Shown here: in pieces, positions 6,551 to 17,109 of the stretch
Position numbering within the stretch: the stretch's first letter is position 1
Layout: every line of letters starts with the position of its first letter
Assembly (NCBI GenBank): GCA_038040415.1
Contig: JBBPIK010000006.1
Location: 8,763-72,762 of the forward strand
Length of the DNA stretch: 64,000 nucleotides
Source: Actinomycetota bacterium
GTDB taxonomy: Bacteria > Actinomycetota > Thermoleophilia > Solirubrobacterales > 70-9
Direction of reading: 5' to 3'
Program-made: the position numbers and the translations under genes
The notes under the pieces: generated by a model
Told to the model about the DNA's origin: nothing
What the model saw: only the letters and a program-made list of their open reading frames with translations
Databases searched by the model: none

Positions 6551-9014
6551 CCGTCCCCAGATCAGCTTCCTCGTCGACGGGGTCGAGGTGCCGGCCGAGG
6601 AGGGGACGATGCTGGTCGACGCCGCCAAGCACGGCGACGTCGAGATCCCGGTGTTCTGCTACGAGCCGAAGCTCGGCGAGCCGGTGGGCGCCTGCCGGAT
6701 GTGCCTGGTCGAGATCGAGGGGATCCCGAAGCTTCAGACCGCCTGCTCGACCCCGGTCCGCGATGGGATGGTCGTGTACACGCGCACCGACCGCGTGCAG
6801 GCTGCCCAGGAGTCCGTGGTGGAGTTCCTGCTCGTCAACCACCCGCTCGACTGCCCGGTCTGCGACAAGGGCGGCGAGTGCCCGCTGCAGGACATCGCGA
6901 TGGGCTGGGGTCCGGGGCGAAGCCGCGTGATCGACCCCAAGCGCCACTTCCAGAAGCCGATCCCGCTCTCGCCGCTGATCAAGATCGACCGCGAGCGATG
7001 CATCCTCTGCTACCGCTGCGTGCGCTTCAGCCAGGAGGTGGCCGAGGACGAGCAGCTCCAGCTCCTGGAGCGGGGCGCGTCGACCTTCGTGGGCACGTTC
7101 GACGACCGCCCCTACATCGCTCCCTTCCACGGCAACATCATCGAGCTCTGTCCGGTGGGGGCGCTGACCTCGGACGCCTACCGGTTCCGGGCCCGTCCGT
7201 GGGACATCGAGGACGCCGGCTCGATCTGCACGCTCTGTCCGAGCCAGTGCAACGTGATCCTGACGGTGCGCGACGAGCAGATCGAGCGCGTCCTCGCCCG
7301 CGACCATCCCGAGGTCGACGACGGTTGGCTGTGCGACAAGGGGCGGTTCGGCTACCAGATGGCGGAGTCCGGGGACCGGATCACGCAGCCGCTCGTCCGC
7401 CAGGGCGGCGAGCTTCGCCCCGCAGGCTGGGAGCAGGCGCTCGAAGCCGCGACGGCGAGCCTTCGTCGAGCCGGCGAGCGAACGGCCGCGATCGTCGGCG
7501 GAGGGTCCTCCAACGAGGAGGGTTACCTCGCGCAGCGGATCATCCGCCGCGCCCTCGGCTCGCCGCATGTGGACTCTCGCCCTCGCGGGGGGGCCAGCGA
7601 GCCGCCGCGCAAAAGCGTTGGCGGCCGGACCCCGCCGGACCCCGCCGCGCGCGACCTGCTCCTGGAGCTGTCGCGGCCCGAGCTGGCTGCAGGCGTTGCC
7701 GACCTCGATTCCGCCCAGTCGATCCTTGTAGTCGGCACCGACCCGCTGCACGTCATGCCGATCCTCGACCTGCGAATCCGCAAGGTCGTGCGGCGAAACG
7801 GCACCCGCCTGGCCGTGGCGACTGACCGCCCCAGCGCCCTGGACGGCGGCGCCGAGGAGACCGCCCGCTATGTGCCCGGCTTCACCAGGGGCTTTCTTTG
7901 GGCCCTGGCGGCGGAAGTCGGGCTCGAAGGCTACGAGCGGGGCCCGGGCGAGCTGGCCGGCGACGCAGAGCGGATTGCCGGTGTTTTGGAGCCGGGCTCG
8001 ACGGTCATCGTCTGGGGCGGGGAAGCCGATCGCGCGCTGGTCGACATCGCCGCCAAGCTGAACGCGAAGCTGCTCGAGATCCCGGACGGCGCCAACGCGC
8101 GGGGCCTGCGCGAAGTTGGATGCTTGCCCCACGCCGGGCCGGGGCTGTCGGAAGCCTCCGACGGCCGCAACGCGGGCGAGATCCGCGACGCCCTCGCGGC
8201 CAAAGAACTGGAGGCCGCGTTCCTGCTCAACGCCGACCCGGTTCGCGACTTCCCCGGAGGGCCTGCGTGGACCGAGGCGCTCGGCAAGGCGAAGTTCGTC
8301 CTCGCTGTGTCGATGTTCGAGAACGCCTCGACCAGGCACGCCGACGTCGTCTTCCCGGCCGAGTTCTACGCCGAGAAGGAAGGCACGGTCACCCATCCCG
8401 ACGGGCGCCTCCAGCGCCTCCGCCCAGGGGTGCCCCGGCCCGACGGCGTGCGCCCGATCTGGCAGGTGCTGGTGGAGCTCTCCGCGCTGCTCGGCGACGA
8501 GACGGGGATCGACTCGCCGCCCGAGGCGCTCTCCGCGATCGCTTCCGAGGTCCCGTTCTACGCGGGGATCACCCACGAGGAGATCGGCGGCCGCGGGGTC
8601 CGCTGGCAGGAGCGCGATGCGGCTTCGGCGTTTCCCGAGCGCGAAACGAACGGCGCCTCGATCTCGGGTTGGTTGAGCTTGGAAGGGGATGGCGATACGC
8701 ATACCGGACTACAGATCGGGACGTACCGCGATCTGTGGGCGTCCGAGGTGACCGATCGGAGCCCCGCGCTGAGGTTCCTGGCGCCGCGGCAAACGCTGGA
8801 GCTGTCACCCGCCGACGCGGATCGGCTGGGAGTGGTGCAGGGCGAGGAGGTTGACGTTCGCTCGAACGGAGCCAGCGTGCGGGCTCGCCTCGCGATCCGC
8901 GAGCGGATCAGGCCGGGGGCAGGCTTCCTGGTCGAGGGGACGGTCGAAGCGAACGCGAACGCGCTGGAGCCGGGCGTGCTCGTTGAGATCGCGAAGGTGG
9001 GAGGCGAGAAGTGA
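6543..9014 (+). CDS. nuoG: NADH-quinone oxidoreductase subunit G
   Basis: The 823-aa product carries Fe-S motifs [46 protein letters not shown] and CPVGAL, followed by a molybdopterin-oxidoreductase-like region. The ATG at 6543 overlaps the nuoEF stop by 8 nt. Confidence 0.9.
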   Translation: MRDRPQISFLVDGVEVPAEEGTMLVDAAKHGDVEIPVFCYEPKLGEPVGACRMCLVEIEGIPKLQTACSTPVRDGMVVYTRTDRVQAAQESVVEFLLVNHPLDCPVCDKGGECPLQDIAMGWGPGRSRVIDPKRHFQKPIPLSPLIKIDRERCILCYRCVRFSQEVAEDEQLQLLERGASTFVGTFDDRPYIAPFHGNIIELCPVGALTSDAYRFRARPWDIEDAGSICTLCPSQCNVILTVRDEQIERVLARDHPEVDDGWLCDKGRFGYQMAESGDRITQPLVRQGGELRPAGWEQALEAATASLRRAGERTAAIVGGGSSNEEGYLAQRIIRRALGSPHVDSRPRGGASEPPRKSVGGRTPPDPAARDLLLELSRPELAAGVADLDSAQSILVVGTDPLHVMPILDLRIRKVVRRNGTRLAVATDRPSALDGGAEETARYVPGFTRGFLWALAAEVGLEGYERGPGELAGDAERIAGVLEPGSTVIVWGGEADRALVDIAAKLNAKLLEIPDGANARGLREVGCLPHAGPGLSEASDGRNAGEIRDALAAKELEAAFLLNADPVRDFPGGPAWTEALGKAKFVLAVSMFENASTRHADVVFPAEFYAEKEGTVTHPDGRLQRLRPGVPRPDGVRPIWQVLVELSALLGDETGIDSPPEALSAIASEVPFYAGITHEEIGGRGVRWQERDAASAFPERETNGASISGWLSLEGDGDTHTGLQIGTYRDLWASEVTDRSPALRFLAPRQTLELSPADADRLGVVQGEEVDVRSNGASVRARLAIRERIRPGAGFLVEGTVEANANALEPGVLVEIAKVGGEK

Positions 9015-10012
9015 CGCTGCCGATCGGCGAGGTCGGGTTCGCCGAGGCCACCTGGGTTCTGGTGGTGAAGTCGATCGTGATCTTCGCCGCCGTGTTCGCG
9101 ATCGCGCCGGTCCTGACCGTGGTCGAGCGCAAGGTCCTGGGTCGCTTCCAGTCGCGCTACGGGCCCAACCGGGTCGGGCCCTTCGGCCTGCTGCAGCCGC
9201 TGGCCGACGCGGTGAAGCTGATCACGAAGGAGGGCTACAGGCCGGAGAACGCTGTGCCGATCCTGTGGGCGATCGCCCCCGCGCTGGTCATCTTCAGCGG
9301 CGTCGCGACCCTGGCGATCATCCCGTTCGGGAACGTCAAGGACGGGGTCGGCTTCTACGGAATCGACGTCTCGATCGGAATCCTCTACTTCTTCGCCTTC
9401 GGCTCGATCGGCTTCTACGGGCTGCTGCTCGGCGGCTGGGCCTCGGGCTCCAAGTACAGCTTCCTGGGCGCCATGCGCTCGGCGGCGCAGCTGATCTCGT
9501 ACGAGATCTCGATGGGCCTGGCGCTTCTGGGGGCGATCATGATGGCGGGCTCCCTGTCGCTCGTCTCGATCGTCGAAGCGCAGGACTCGATCTGGTACGT
9601 GTTCCCGCAGCTCGTCGGGTTCTTGATCTTCATGGTCGCCGGATTCGCGGAGGCCAGCCGCGCGCCGTTCGACCTCCCCGAGGCCGACGCCGAGCTGGTG
9701 CAGGGGTACCAGACGGAGTACGGCGGGATGCGCTACGGCTCCTTCGCGCTGGCCGAGTACATCGAGATGTTCGTCGTCTCGGCGGTGGCGGTGACCTTCT
9801 TCCTCGGCGGCTGGCACGGCCCCGGCCCCGGCTGGCTGGACCCGATCTGGGTGCTGGTGAAGATCCTGGCGCTGGTGTTCGTCTTCATGTGGGTGCGGGC
9901 GACCGTGCCGCGGATCCGCTACGACCAGCTGATGTCCCTGGGCTGGAAGGTGCTCTTGCCGCTGGCCACGCTCAACGTCCTGGTCACGGCGATCCTGGTG
10001 ACGGTCACGTGA
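9011..10012 (+). CDS. nuoH: NADH-quinone oxidoreductase subunit H
   Basis: The 333-aa polytopic product has [31 protein letters not shown]. The start overlaps nuoG as GTGA. Confidence 0.95.
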   Translation: MTLPIGEVGFAEATWVLVVKSIVIFAAVFAIAPVLTVVERKVLGRFQSRYGPNRVGPFGLLQPLADAVKLITKEGYRPENAVPILWAIAPALVIFSGVATLAIIPFGNVKDGVGFYGIDVSIGILYFFAFGSIGFYGLLLGGWASGSKYSFLGAMRSAAQLISYEISMGLALLGAIMMAGSLSLVSIVEAQDSIWYVFPQLVGFLIFMVAGFAEASRAPFDLPEADAELVQGYQTEYGGMRYGSFALAEYIEMFVVSAVAVTFFLGGWHGPGPGWLDPIWVLVKILALVFVFMWVRATVPRIRYDQLMSLGWKVLLPLATLNVLVTAILVTVT

Positions 10013-10554
10013 GCGAAGAGTTTCCGTACTTGTCCGATGAGTCGGTCGTCGCCGTGCAGCGCGGGCCGCAGCCCGGCGGTGCCAAGGGGGCCTACCGGGC
10101 CTTCGGCGAGACCCTGCGCGGCCTGAAGACCACGTTTGCACGGATCATCGAGGGCCCGGTGACGATCCAGTACCCGGAGGAGAAGACCCCTGTCTACCCG
10201 CGCTTCCGGGGCCGCCACAAGCTGCACCGCTTCGAGGACACGGGTCTCGAGAAGTGCGTCGGCTGCTCGCTCTGCGCCGCCGCCTGCCCCGCGGACTGCA
10301 TCCGGGTCGTCGCGGCGGAGAACGATCCCGACGAGCGCGTCTCCGCCGGCGAGCGCTACGCCGAGATCTACGAGATCAACCTGGCTCGCTGCATCTTCTG
10401 CGGCTACTGCGAGGTCGCCTGCCCATTCGACGCGATCACGATGGGCCACGAATACGAGCTCGCCGACTACAACCGCGAGGACCTGATCTTCACCAAGGAG
10501 ATGCTGCTCGCGGAGCCGGTCGAGCGGACTCCTCTGCGCCGGGAGGGCGAATGA
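10009..10554 (+). CDS. nuoI: NADH-quinone oxidoreductase subunit I
   Basis: The GTG at 10009 overlaps the nuoH TGA. There are two 4Fe-4S ferredoxin motifs, [12 protein letters not shown] and [12 protein letters not shown]. Confidence 0.9.
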   Translation: MSEEFPYLSDESVVAVQRGPQPGGAKGAYRAFGETLRGLKTTFARIIEGPVTIQYPEEKTPVYPRFRGRHKLHRFEDTGLEKCVGCSLCAAACPADCIRVVAAENDPDERVSAGERYAEIYEINLARCIFCGYCEVACPFDAITMGHEYELADYNREDLIFTKEMLLAEPVERTPLRREGE

Positions 10555-10573
10555 GCGAGATACTGGGCTCGCC

Positions 10574-10969
10574 GTGTCCACCGAGAACGTCCAAATCACC
10601 CGCAGACTGGTCGAGGCCTTCAACGATCGAGACATCGACTCGGTGGTCCAGGACATGCAGCCGGACGTCGAGCTGCATCCGCTGCGAGCCCAGCTCGAGG
10701 GAAAGGCCTACCGGGGACACGACGGGGTGCGCGAGATGCTGGCTGACTTCGACCAGGACTGGGAGTACGTTCAGGTCGACGCCGAGGAGTTCCGGGACGC
10801 GGACGACGAGGTCGTCGTGCTGGGCCGCCTCCGCGCCCGCGGGCGGGCCAGCGGCATCGACCTCGACGTGCCGATGGGGTTTGTCTGGACCCTCCGCGAC
10901 GGCAAGGTGGTGCGGATACAGTCATTCTCCGAGCAGGCGGACGCGCTGCGCGCCGCGGGCCTCGTGTAG
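10574..10969 (+). CDS. NTF2/SnoaL-like small protein (paralog family, copy 1)
   Basis: The 131-aa product starts VSTENVQITRRLVEAFNDRD and ends EQADALRAAGLV. It has the same architecture as the ORFs at 39903, 60000 and 60399. It is preceded by the 12-mer GCGAGATACTGG, which ends 7 nt before the start. Confidence 0.7.
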   Translation: MSTENVQITRRLVEAFNDRDIDSVVQDMQPDVELHPLRAQLEGKAYRGHDGVREMLADFDQDWEYVQVDAEEFRDADDEVVVLGRLRARGRASGIDLDVPMGFVWTLRDGKVVRIQSFSEQADALRAAGLV

Positions 10970-10993
10970 CTCCTCCGCCGGAGCCGCCACCTG

Positions 10994-11692
10994 ATGGTGG
11001 AGGTCGCCTTCTTCGCCGGGGCGATCGGCGCCGTCGCCGGGGCGGTGGGCGTGATCGCGTTGCGGAACCCCTTCTACAGCGTGCTGGCGCTGGTCGTCCA
11101 CCTGGTGGCCCTGGCCGGGCTGTTCTTGTTGCTGTACGCGCAATTCGTCGCCGCCGCCCAGGTGGTCGTCTATGCGGGCGCGGTGATGGTCCTGTACGTC
11201 TTCGTGGCCGCCTACGTGGGCGAGGTCGAGGAGCCGATCTGGGAGCCGATCCCGGGCCAGCGATTCCTGGCCCCACTGCTGGCCGCGGCGCTCTTCGTCG
11301 AGCTCTCGATCGCGATCCTGGGCACCGGGCTGTCTTCCCTCGACAGCGAGGGGCCGACGTTGCCGATCGGCTTCGGATCTCCGGAGGCGATCGGCAACCT
11401 GCTGCTGGAGCGCTTCCTGGTCGTCTTCGAGGCCGCCTCGATGCTCCTCCTCGTCGCCGCAGTCGGGGCGGTCGTCCTGGCGGGACGAACCAGGGTGGCA
11501 CCCGCCGGGGCCAGGGACGAAGTCCCGCATCCGGTTTCGCCGGATGATCGGTCGCCTTCGGCTCCCTACGCGGCTGAGCCTGCCGCCCCGTCCGCGCCCG
11601 AACCCGCCGCATCCGAGCAAGCTCGGATGACCGGTCGCCCTTCGGGCTCCCTGGTAGGCGAAGGCGAGGCTTCCGGCGGAGGGGTTCCCTAA
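10994..11692 (+). CDS. nuoJ: NADH-quinone oxidoreductase subunit J with repeat-encoded C-terminal tail
   Basis: The NuoJ core runs about 165 aa ([60 protein letters not shown]). About 67 further codons then run through PR1 copy 3 to a TAA that overlaps the nuoK ATG. Confidence 0.85.
   Translation: MVEVAFFAGAIGAVAGAVGVIALRNPFYSVLALVVHLVALAGLFLLLYAQFVAAAQVVVYAGAVMVLYVFVAAYVGEVEEPIWEPIPGQRFLAPLLAAALFVELSIAILGTGLSSLDSEGPTLPIGFGSPEAIGNLLLERFLVVFEAASMLLLVAAVGAVVLAGRTRVAPAGARDEVPHPVSPDDRSPSAPYAAEPAAPSAPEPAASEQARMTGRPSGSLVGEGEASGGGVP
11507..11689 (+). repeat. PR1 palindromic repeat, copy 3 (scaffold plus two cassettes)
   Basis: The scaffold is the same as copy 1. A roughly 42-bp cassette is inserted twice: CATCCGGTTTCGCCGGATGATCGGTCGCCTTCGGCTCCCT at 11528-11567 and CATCCGAGCAAGCTCGGATGACCGGTCGCCCTTCGGGCTCCCTG at 11610-11653. 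Confidence 0.85.
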
Positions 11693-11991
11693 TGGACGTC
11701 ACCTGGTATCTGGTTCTCTCGGCGCTCCTTTTCGCGATCGGCGCCGCCGGCGTGCTGATCCGGCGCAGCCCGCTGGTGATCCTGCTCTGCCTCGAGTTGA
11801 TGCTGAACGCGGGCAACCTCGCCCTGGTCGCCTTCGCCCGCGACCGGGGCGACCAGGACGGCCAGGTGTTCGCCTTGATCGTCATGGTCGTCGCCGCCTG
11901 CGAGGTGGTGGTCGGGCTGGGCCTGATCGTGGCGATGTTCAGGCGCCGGCTGCCGCTGAACGTCGATGAGATGAGGGACCTCCGCGGGTGA
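11692..11991 (+). CDS. nuoK: NADH-quinone oxidoreductase subunit K
   Basis: The 99-aa product has three TM segments and [17 protein letters not shown]. The start overlaps nuoJ as TAATG. Confidence 0.9.
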   Translation: MDVTWYLVLSALLFAIGAAGVLIRRSPLVILLCLELMLNAGNLALVAFARDRGDQDGQVFALIVMVVAACEVVVGLGLIVAMFRRRLPLNVDEMRDLRG

Positions 11992-13997
11992 GCGCGACCA
12001 CCTACGCCTGGCTGGTGCTGGCGTTCCCGCTCGCCGGCTGCCTGGTGAACGCGTTCGGCTGGCGGTTATTGCCCGGCCGGGCCGCGGGGTGGATCGGGAC
12101 CGGCGCAATCGCGCTCGCTTTCGTGAACTCGATCGCGGCGCTCGTGGTGCTGCTCGACAAACCCGCGTCGGGCCGCGAGCTCACCTCCTCGCTGTGGACC
12201 TACGCCTCGGCGGCGGGCCTGGACGTCAAGCTCGGGATCCTGGTCGACCCGTTGTCGGTGTTCATGATCCTGGTGGTCAGTGGCGTTTCGATGCTGATCC
12301 ACCTCTACTCGATCAGCTACCTCGAGTCCGATCGCGGCTACACCCGGTACTTCAGCTACCTCAACTTCTTCGTCTTCTCGATGTTGCTCCTCATCCTGGC
12401 GGGCAACTTCGTGCTCCTGATCGTCGGCTGGGCCTTCGTCGGCTTCGCCTCCTACGCGCTGATCAGCTTCTGGTACCGGCGGAACACGGCGACCACGGCG
12501 GGCATGAAGGCCTTCGTGATCAACGTGATCGGCGACGTCGGCCTGGTGCTCGCCGCCTTCTTCATCTTCCGCGAGCTCGGCACCTTCGACTACCTGCCCA
12601 TGTTCGAGTCGGCGCCGGAGCAGTTCGCCACCAACGAGGGCGTGGTGGTGGCGATCTGCCTGCTGATTCTGGTCGGGGCGTTCGCGAAGTCCGCGCAGCT
12701 GCCGCTCCACACCTGGCTTCCCGACGCAATGGAGGGCCCCACTCCCGTGTCCGCCCTGATCCACGCGGCCACCATGGTCACCGCGGGCGTCTACCTGATC
12801 GCCCGCATGCACCCCCTGTTCGTCGAGGCTCCCACCGCTGCCGACATCTCCGCGTTCATCGGACTGGCGACGCTGATCTTTGCGGCGACGGTGGCGCTCG
12901 CGGTCACTGACCTGAAGCGGATCATCGCCTACTCGACGATCAGCCAGATCGGCTACATGGTGGTCGGCGTCTCGATCGGCGCCTACGCGGCCGGCCTCTT
13001 CCACCTGATGAGCCACGCGTTCTTCAAGGCCCTTCTGTTCATGGCCGCCGGCTCGGTGATCGCGGCGATGGCGGGCACCCAGAACATCGACCGGATGGGC
13101 GGCTTTCGGCGCGCGCTGCCGTTCACGTCATCGCTCTTGATCGTCGGCGCCCTGGCGCTGGCGGCCTTCCCGGGCACCTCTGGCTTCTTCTCCAAGGACG
13201 AGATCCTCGCCTTCGCTGCGGAGCGCGGCGGCTTCTACTGGATCCTGGCGATCGGGGGCTACGTGGGCGCCTTCCTGACCGCCATCTACGCCTTCCGGAT
13301 CGTCTTCCGGGTCGTCTACCGAGAGCCGTGTCCGGAGGCTCGGGAGCTCGAGCAGGGGCATCTGGCCCACGCCGAGCCGCAGAACCCGATGACGGGCGAG
13401 AAGGAGGACACGGACGTCGGCTTCCCCGGCCCCGAGCATCAGATCGCCGAGCGGGCCTGGCCGATGGCACTCGCCATGGCTGCGCTCGGCCTGGCGGCGA
13501 TCTTCGGCGGCCTGGTGCAGGTCCCCGGCGTCGATCACGTTCTCGACACGTTCCTGGAGCCGACATTCGAGGACTCGCCCCTGTTCCGGGACATCCACGT
13601 ATCCACCGGAGATGCCTGGCTCGGGCTGGGGGTCGGCGGGGTGCTCGGCCTGCTCGGGATCGCAACCGCCTACTACCTCTACGTGGTCGCGCCGCAGACC
13701 CCCGAGCGCCTGCGCGCGAGGGCGCACGCCGCGTACGTCTTCCTGGTCAACAAGTGGTACTTCGACGAGCTCTACGACGCGCTCGTCTACCGGCCGCTGA
13801 TCGCGGTCGGCCGCTTCGCGAACACCGTGCTGGAGCGGGTCGTCGTGCAGGGGATCGTCGCCGGGACCGTCGGCGCCGTTCGCGGGGTCGGGATGGTCGT
13901 TCGCGGCGCGCAGTCGGGATTCGTGCGCGCCTACGCGCTCTTGGTGGTGGGCGGCTTCGCCGCCCTGGGCCTCTACTTCTTGATCGTCAGCTCATGA
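11988..13997 (+). CDS. nuoL: NADH-quinone oxidoreductase subunit L
   Basis: The 669-aa antiporter-like subunit has [47 protein letters not shown] and a C-terminal lateral-helix region. The start overlaps nuoK as GTGA. Confidence 0.95.
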   Translation: MSATTYAWLVLAFPLAGCLVNAFGWRLLPGRAAGWIGTGAIALAFVNSIAALVVLLDKPASGRELTSSLWTYASAAGLDVKLGILVDPLSVFMILVVSGVSMLIHLYSISYLESDRGYTRYFSYLNFFVFSMLLLILAGNFVLLIVGWAFVGFASYALISFWYRRNTATTAGMKAFVINVIGDVGLVLAAFFIFRELGTFDYLPMFESAPEQFATNEGVVVAICLLILVGAFAKSAQLPLHTWLPDAMEGPTPVSALIHAATMVTAGVYLIARMHPLFVEAPTAADISAFIGLATLIFAATVALAVTDLKRIIAYSTISQIGYMVVGVSIGAYAAGLFHLMSHAFFKALLFMAAGSVIAAMAGTQNIDRMGGFRRALPFTSSLLIVGALALAAFPGTSGFFSKDEILAFAAERGGFYWILAIGGYVGAFLTAIYAFRIVFRVVYREPCPEARELEQGHLAHAEPQNPMTGEKEDTDVGFPGPEHQIAERAWPMALAMAALGLAAIFGGLVQVPGVDHVLDTFLEPTFEDSPLFRDIHVSTGDAWLGLGVGGVLGLLGIATAYYLYVVAPQTPERLRARAHAAYVFLVNKWYFDELYDALVYRPLIAVGRFANTVLERVVVQGIVAGTVGAVRGVGMVVRGAQSGFVRAYALLVVGGFAALGLYFLIVSS

Positions 13998-14028
13998 GTC
14001 GTCCACGGCTGCCGATTGCTCCTCGCCC

Positions 14029-15510
14029 ATGGGGGTGCGTGCCGTGATCCAGGTGATGCTGTGGCTGCCGGTGGCGGTCGGGCTGCTCTGCTTCGTGGTG
14101 CCGCGACGGGCAGTGGGGGTCTCGGCGATCCTCGGCACGGGGATCGTCCTCGGGCTGGCGATCGCGCTTGTCGCCGGCTTCCACACGGCCGAAGCCGGCC
14201 TCCAGCACCAGGTCTCCGAGAGCTGGATCCCGGACCTCGGCGTCCGCTACCAGCTCGGGGTGGACGGGATCAGCCTCTTCCTGGTCCTGCTGACGGCCCT
14301 GCTGTGGGCGGGGGTGACGGTGTTCTCGACCTTCCGGATGCCGGATCGCCGCCGGATCTACTTCTTCATGCTGGGGCTCGGCGAGACCGCCACCCTGGGC
14401 GCCTTCCTGGCTCAGGACCTGCTGCTCTTCGTTCTCTTCTTCGACCTCATGCTGGTGCCGTTCTGGTTCCTGATCGGCGCATTCGGAGGCGAGAACCGCA
14501 TCGCCGCGACGACCAAGATGATCGTCTACACGCTGGTCGGCTCGCTGCTGATGCTGGTCGCCGCGATCGCCACGGCGGTTCTGGCCTCCGACCAGGTCGG
14601 GCATTTGAGCTTCTCGCTCGCCGACCTGAGCGCCCACACGCTCTCGAGCGGAAGCCAGGAGTGGATCTTCCTCTTCTTCGCCGCCGCCTTCCTGATCAAG
14701 ATGCCGGCGGTCGTCGTCCACGGCTGGCTGCCCGACGCCTACCGGGCCGCGCCCCTGCCGGTGCTGGCGCTGCTCGCGGGAGTGCTCTCGAAGGTAGGCG
14801 CCTACGGCTTCCTGCGGGTCGCGCTGCCGCTCTATCCCGAGGCCACCGTCACCTACCAGGAGCTGATCCTGGCGGTCGGCGTGGCCAGCATCCTCTACGG
14901 GTCGGTGATGGCGTTCACGCAGACCAACGTGCGCCTGATCGCCGGCTACTCCTCGATCGCCCAGCTTGGCTTCATCACGATCGGGATCTTCTCCCTGCGC
15001 CCCGACGGCGCCGACGGCTCAGTGCTTCAGATGGTCAACCACGGCCTGGTCGTCGCTCCGATCTTCCTGATCATCGCCCTGCTCTGGGAGCGCTCGGGAA
15101 GCGAGGACATAACCCGGCTCGGCGGCCTCGCGATGCGGGCGCCGGTGCTGGCGGCCTTGTTCCTGATCGTCACCCTGGCGACCCTGGCGATGCCGGGTTC
15201 CGCGAACTTCATCGGCGAGTTCTACATCCTGATCGGGGTCTTCCAGGCCAAGATCGTCTACGCCTTCGTGGCCATCGCCGGGGTCGCGTTGGCGGCCTTC
15301 TATGCGATCCGCCTCTTCCAGCGCACCATGCACGGTCGGCCTCCCGAGAACGTGGACTCGCGCGAGATCGCCCTGCGCGACGCGGCGGTGCTGGCCCCGC
15401 TCGTCGCCTGCATCGTCGCCCTCGCCCTGTACCCGGGGCTGATCCTGAGCCGCGGCGAAGCGGCCGTGGAGGACAAGGTCGCGGCTGTGGCCTCCGAAGG
15501 CGATCGATGA
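14029..15510 (+). CDS. nuoM: NADH-quinone oxidoreductase subunit M
   Basis: The 493-aa antiporter-like subunit has LGVDGISLFLVLLTALL, KMPAVVVHGWLPDAY and SSIAQLGFI. Confidence 0.95.
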   Translation: MGVRAVIQVMLWLPVAVGLLCFVVPRRAVGVSAILGTGIVLGLAIALVAGFHTAEAGLQHQVSESWIPDLGVRYQLGVDGISLFLVLLTALLWAGVTVFSTFRMPDRRRIYFFMLGLGETATLGAFLAQDLLLFVLFFDLMLVPFWFLIGAFGGENRIAATTKMIVYTLVGSLLMLVAAIATAVLASDQVGHLSFSLADLSAHTLSSGSQEWIFLFFAAAFLIKMPAVVVHGWLPDAYRAAPLPVLALLAGVLSKVGAYGFLRVALPLYPEATVTYQELILAVGVASILYGSVMAFTQTNVRLIAGYSSIAQLGFITIGIFSLRPDGADGSVLQMVNHGLVVAPIFLIIALLWERSGSEDITRLGGLAMRAPVLAALFLIVTLATLAMPGSANFIGEFYILIGVFQAKIVYAFVAIAGVALAAFYAIRLFQRTMHGRPPENVDSREIALRDAAVLAPLVACIVALALYPGLILSRGEAAVEDKVAAVASEGDR

Positions 15511-17075
15511 GCTTCACCGCCCCTGAGGTCGACTACGCGGGACTCTCGCCCGTGATCACGCTGACCGCCGGGATCTGCGCGGTGCTGCTCGCCGGCCTGG
15601 TCGGGGAGCGGCGTCAGCGCCTCCTGGTCTCGACCCTCTCGCTGGCCACGCTGGCGACCGCCGCCGGCCTTTGCATCTGGCAGTGGGGCGAGCGCGAGGA
15701 CCTGGTCGCGGGAGCCTTGCGGCTCGACGAGCTCGGCCTGGCCGGCGCCCTGATCGCGATCCTCGCCGCCGCAGTGGTGATACCGCTGTCGTGGCGAGAG
15801 CCGGCCGCCGAGCGTCCCGGATCCGAGCCCCGTCACGGGGAGTTTCAGGCGCTCCTGCTCTCCTCGGTCCTCGGCATGGTGCTGCTGGCCCAGGCGCAGA
15901 ACCTGGTCTCGTTCTTCGTCGCGATCGAGCTGCTCTCGGTGCCCCTCTACGTGCTCTGTGGCTCGGCCCTGCTACGCCGGGAATCGCTCGAGGCGGGCCT
16001 CAAGTACCTGATCGTCGGCTCGCTCGGCTCCGCGACCCTGCTCTACGGCCTGGCATTCATCTACGGCGGCTCGGGCTCGACCGACTTCAGCGGCATTCGC
16101 GAGGGGATCGCCGCCGGGCTCGCGGACGATCCGCTGGTCTTGATCGGGGTCGCGCTGGCCGCGACCGGGCTCGCCTTCAAGATCTCGATCGCCCCCTTCC
16201 ATCAGTGGACGCCGGACGTCTACCAGGGCGCCCCCACGCCGGTGACCGCGTTCATGGCCGTGGCCACCAAGGTGGCCGCGTTCTGTGTCTTCGTCCGCTT
16301 CTTCGAGGTCGCGCTGGGCCCCGCCGTCGACAACTGGCAGCCGGCGCTGGCGGTGCTCGCCGTGGTCTCGATCGTGGTCGGGAACATCGGCGCGCTCGGC
16401 CAGGACTCGCTGAAGCGGCTCCTCGGCTACTCGGGGATCGCCCAGGCCGGCTACATGCTCGTCGGCCTGGTCGCCGCCTCCGAGCTGGGGGTGAACGCGC
16501 TGATCTTCTACCTCGCCACCTACGCGCTGATGAACCTGGCCGCCTTCTGTGTGATCGTCGTCCGCGAGCGCGAGACCGAGCTCGGCGACGACATCGGGGC
16601 GGTCCAGGGACTTGGCCGCGACCGCCCCGAGCTGGCCTGGCCGCTGACGATCTCGATGCTGGGGCTGGCCGGCCTGCCGGCGACAGCCGGTTTCATGGGC
16701 AAGCTCTACCTGATCGAGGCGGCAGTGGACGCCGACTACACCTGGCTCGCCGTGGCGATCGCGATCGGGACCATGATCTCGCTCGCCTACTACCTGCGGG
16801 TGGTCGCCGCCGTCTGGATGCGCCCCGCGGTGGAGCCGCTGGGGCCCGAGCCCGCCGCCGAGATGCCGGCGATGGCGGGCGGCTCGCCGCAGGCCGACCC
16901 GCAAGGCATCCCTCGCGGGGACGGGCCGAGCCCGCCGCCGGGCACCCGCTGTCTCGCGATCCTGGTCCCCGCCGGGGGGCTCGCAGCGGCGACGATCTTC
17001 TTCGGCATCATCCCCTCACCGCTTGTGGACTGGGCCTCGAACGCGGGCCAGGCGCTCGCGGCCTTCATCCCCTGA
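15507..17075 (+). CDS. nuoN: NADH-quinone oxidoreductase subunit N
   Basis: The ATG at 15507 overlaps the nuoM TGA. The sequence MSFTAPEVDYAGLSPVITL, with FKISIAPFHQWTPDVYQGAPTPVTAFM and SGIAQAGYML, supports the call. The upstream part of ORF 14016..17075 is read-through. Confidence 0.9.
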   Translation: MSFTAPEVDYAGLSPVITLTAGICAVLLAGLVGERRQRLLVSTLSLATLATAAGLCIWQWGEREDLVAGALRLDELGLAGALIAILAAAVVIPLSWREPAAERPGSEPRHGEFQALLLSSVLGMVLLAQAQNLVSFFVAIELLSVPLYVLCGSALLRRESLEAGLKYLIVGSLGSATLLYGLAFIYGGSGSTDFSGIREGIAAGLADDPLVLIGVALAATGLAFKISIAPFHQWTPDVYQGAPTPVTAFMAVATKVAAFCVFVRFFEVALGPAVDNWQPALAVLAVVSIVVGNIGALGQDSLKRLLGYSGIAQAGYMLVGLVAASELGVNALIFYLATYALMNLAAFCVIVVRERETELGDDIGAVQGLGRDRPELAWPLTISMLGLAGLPATAGFMGKLYLIEAAVDADYTWLAVAIAIGTMISLAYYLRVVAAVWMRPAVEPLGPEPAAEMPAMAGGSPQADPQGIPRGDGPSPPPGTRCLAILVPAGGLAAATIFFGIIPSPLVDWASNAGQALAAFIP

Positions 17076-17109
17076 CCGGGTCTGGGCGGCGTGACCGAAG
17101 CCGCAGGGA

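Noticed and set aside
6312-8702. 796-aa ORF on the minus strand, opposite nuoG
   Set aside because: It lies antisense to a gene with unmistakable NuoG Fe-S motifs. Its product is Arg/Gly/Pro/Ala-rich with no motifs. This is the typical stop-codon-poor antisense frame of a genome with about 70% GC.
14016-15506. N-terminal 497 codons of ORF 14016..17075
   Set aside because: This part lies in an alternative frame across nuoM. The NuoN homology starts only at ATG 15507, which overlaps the nuoM stop.
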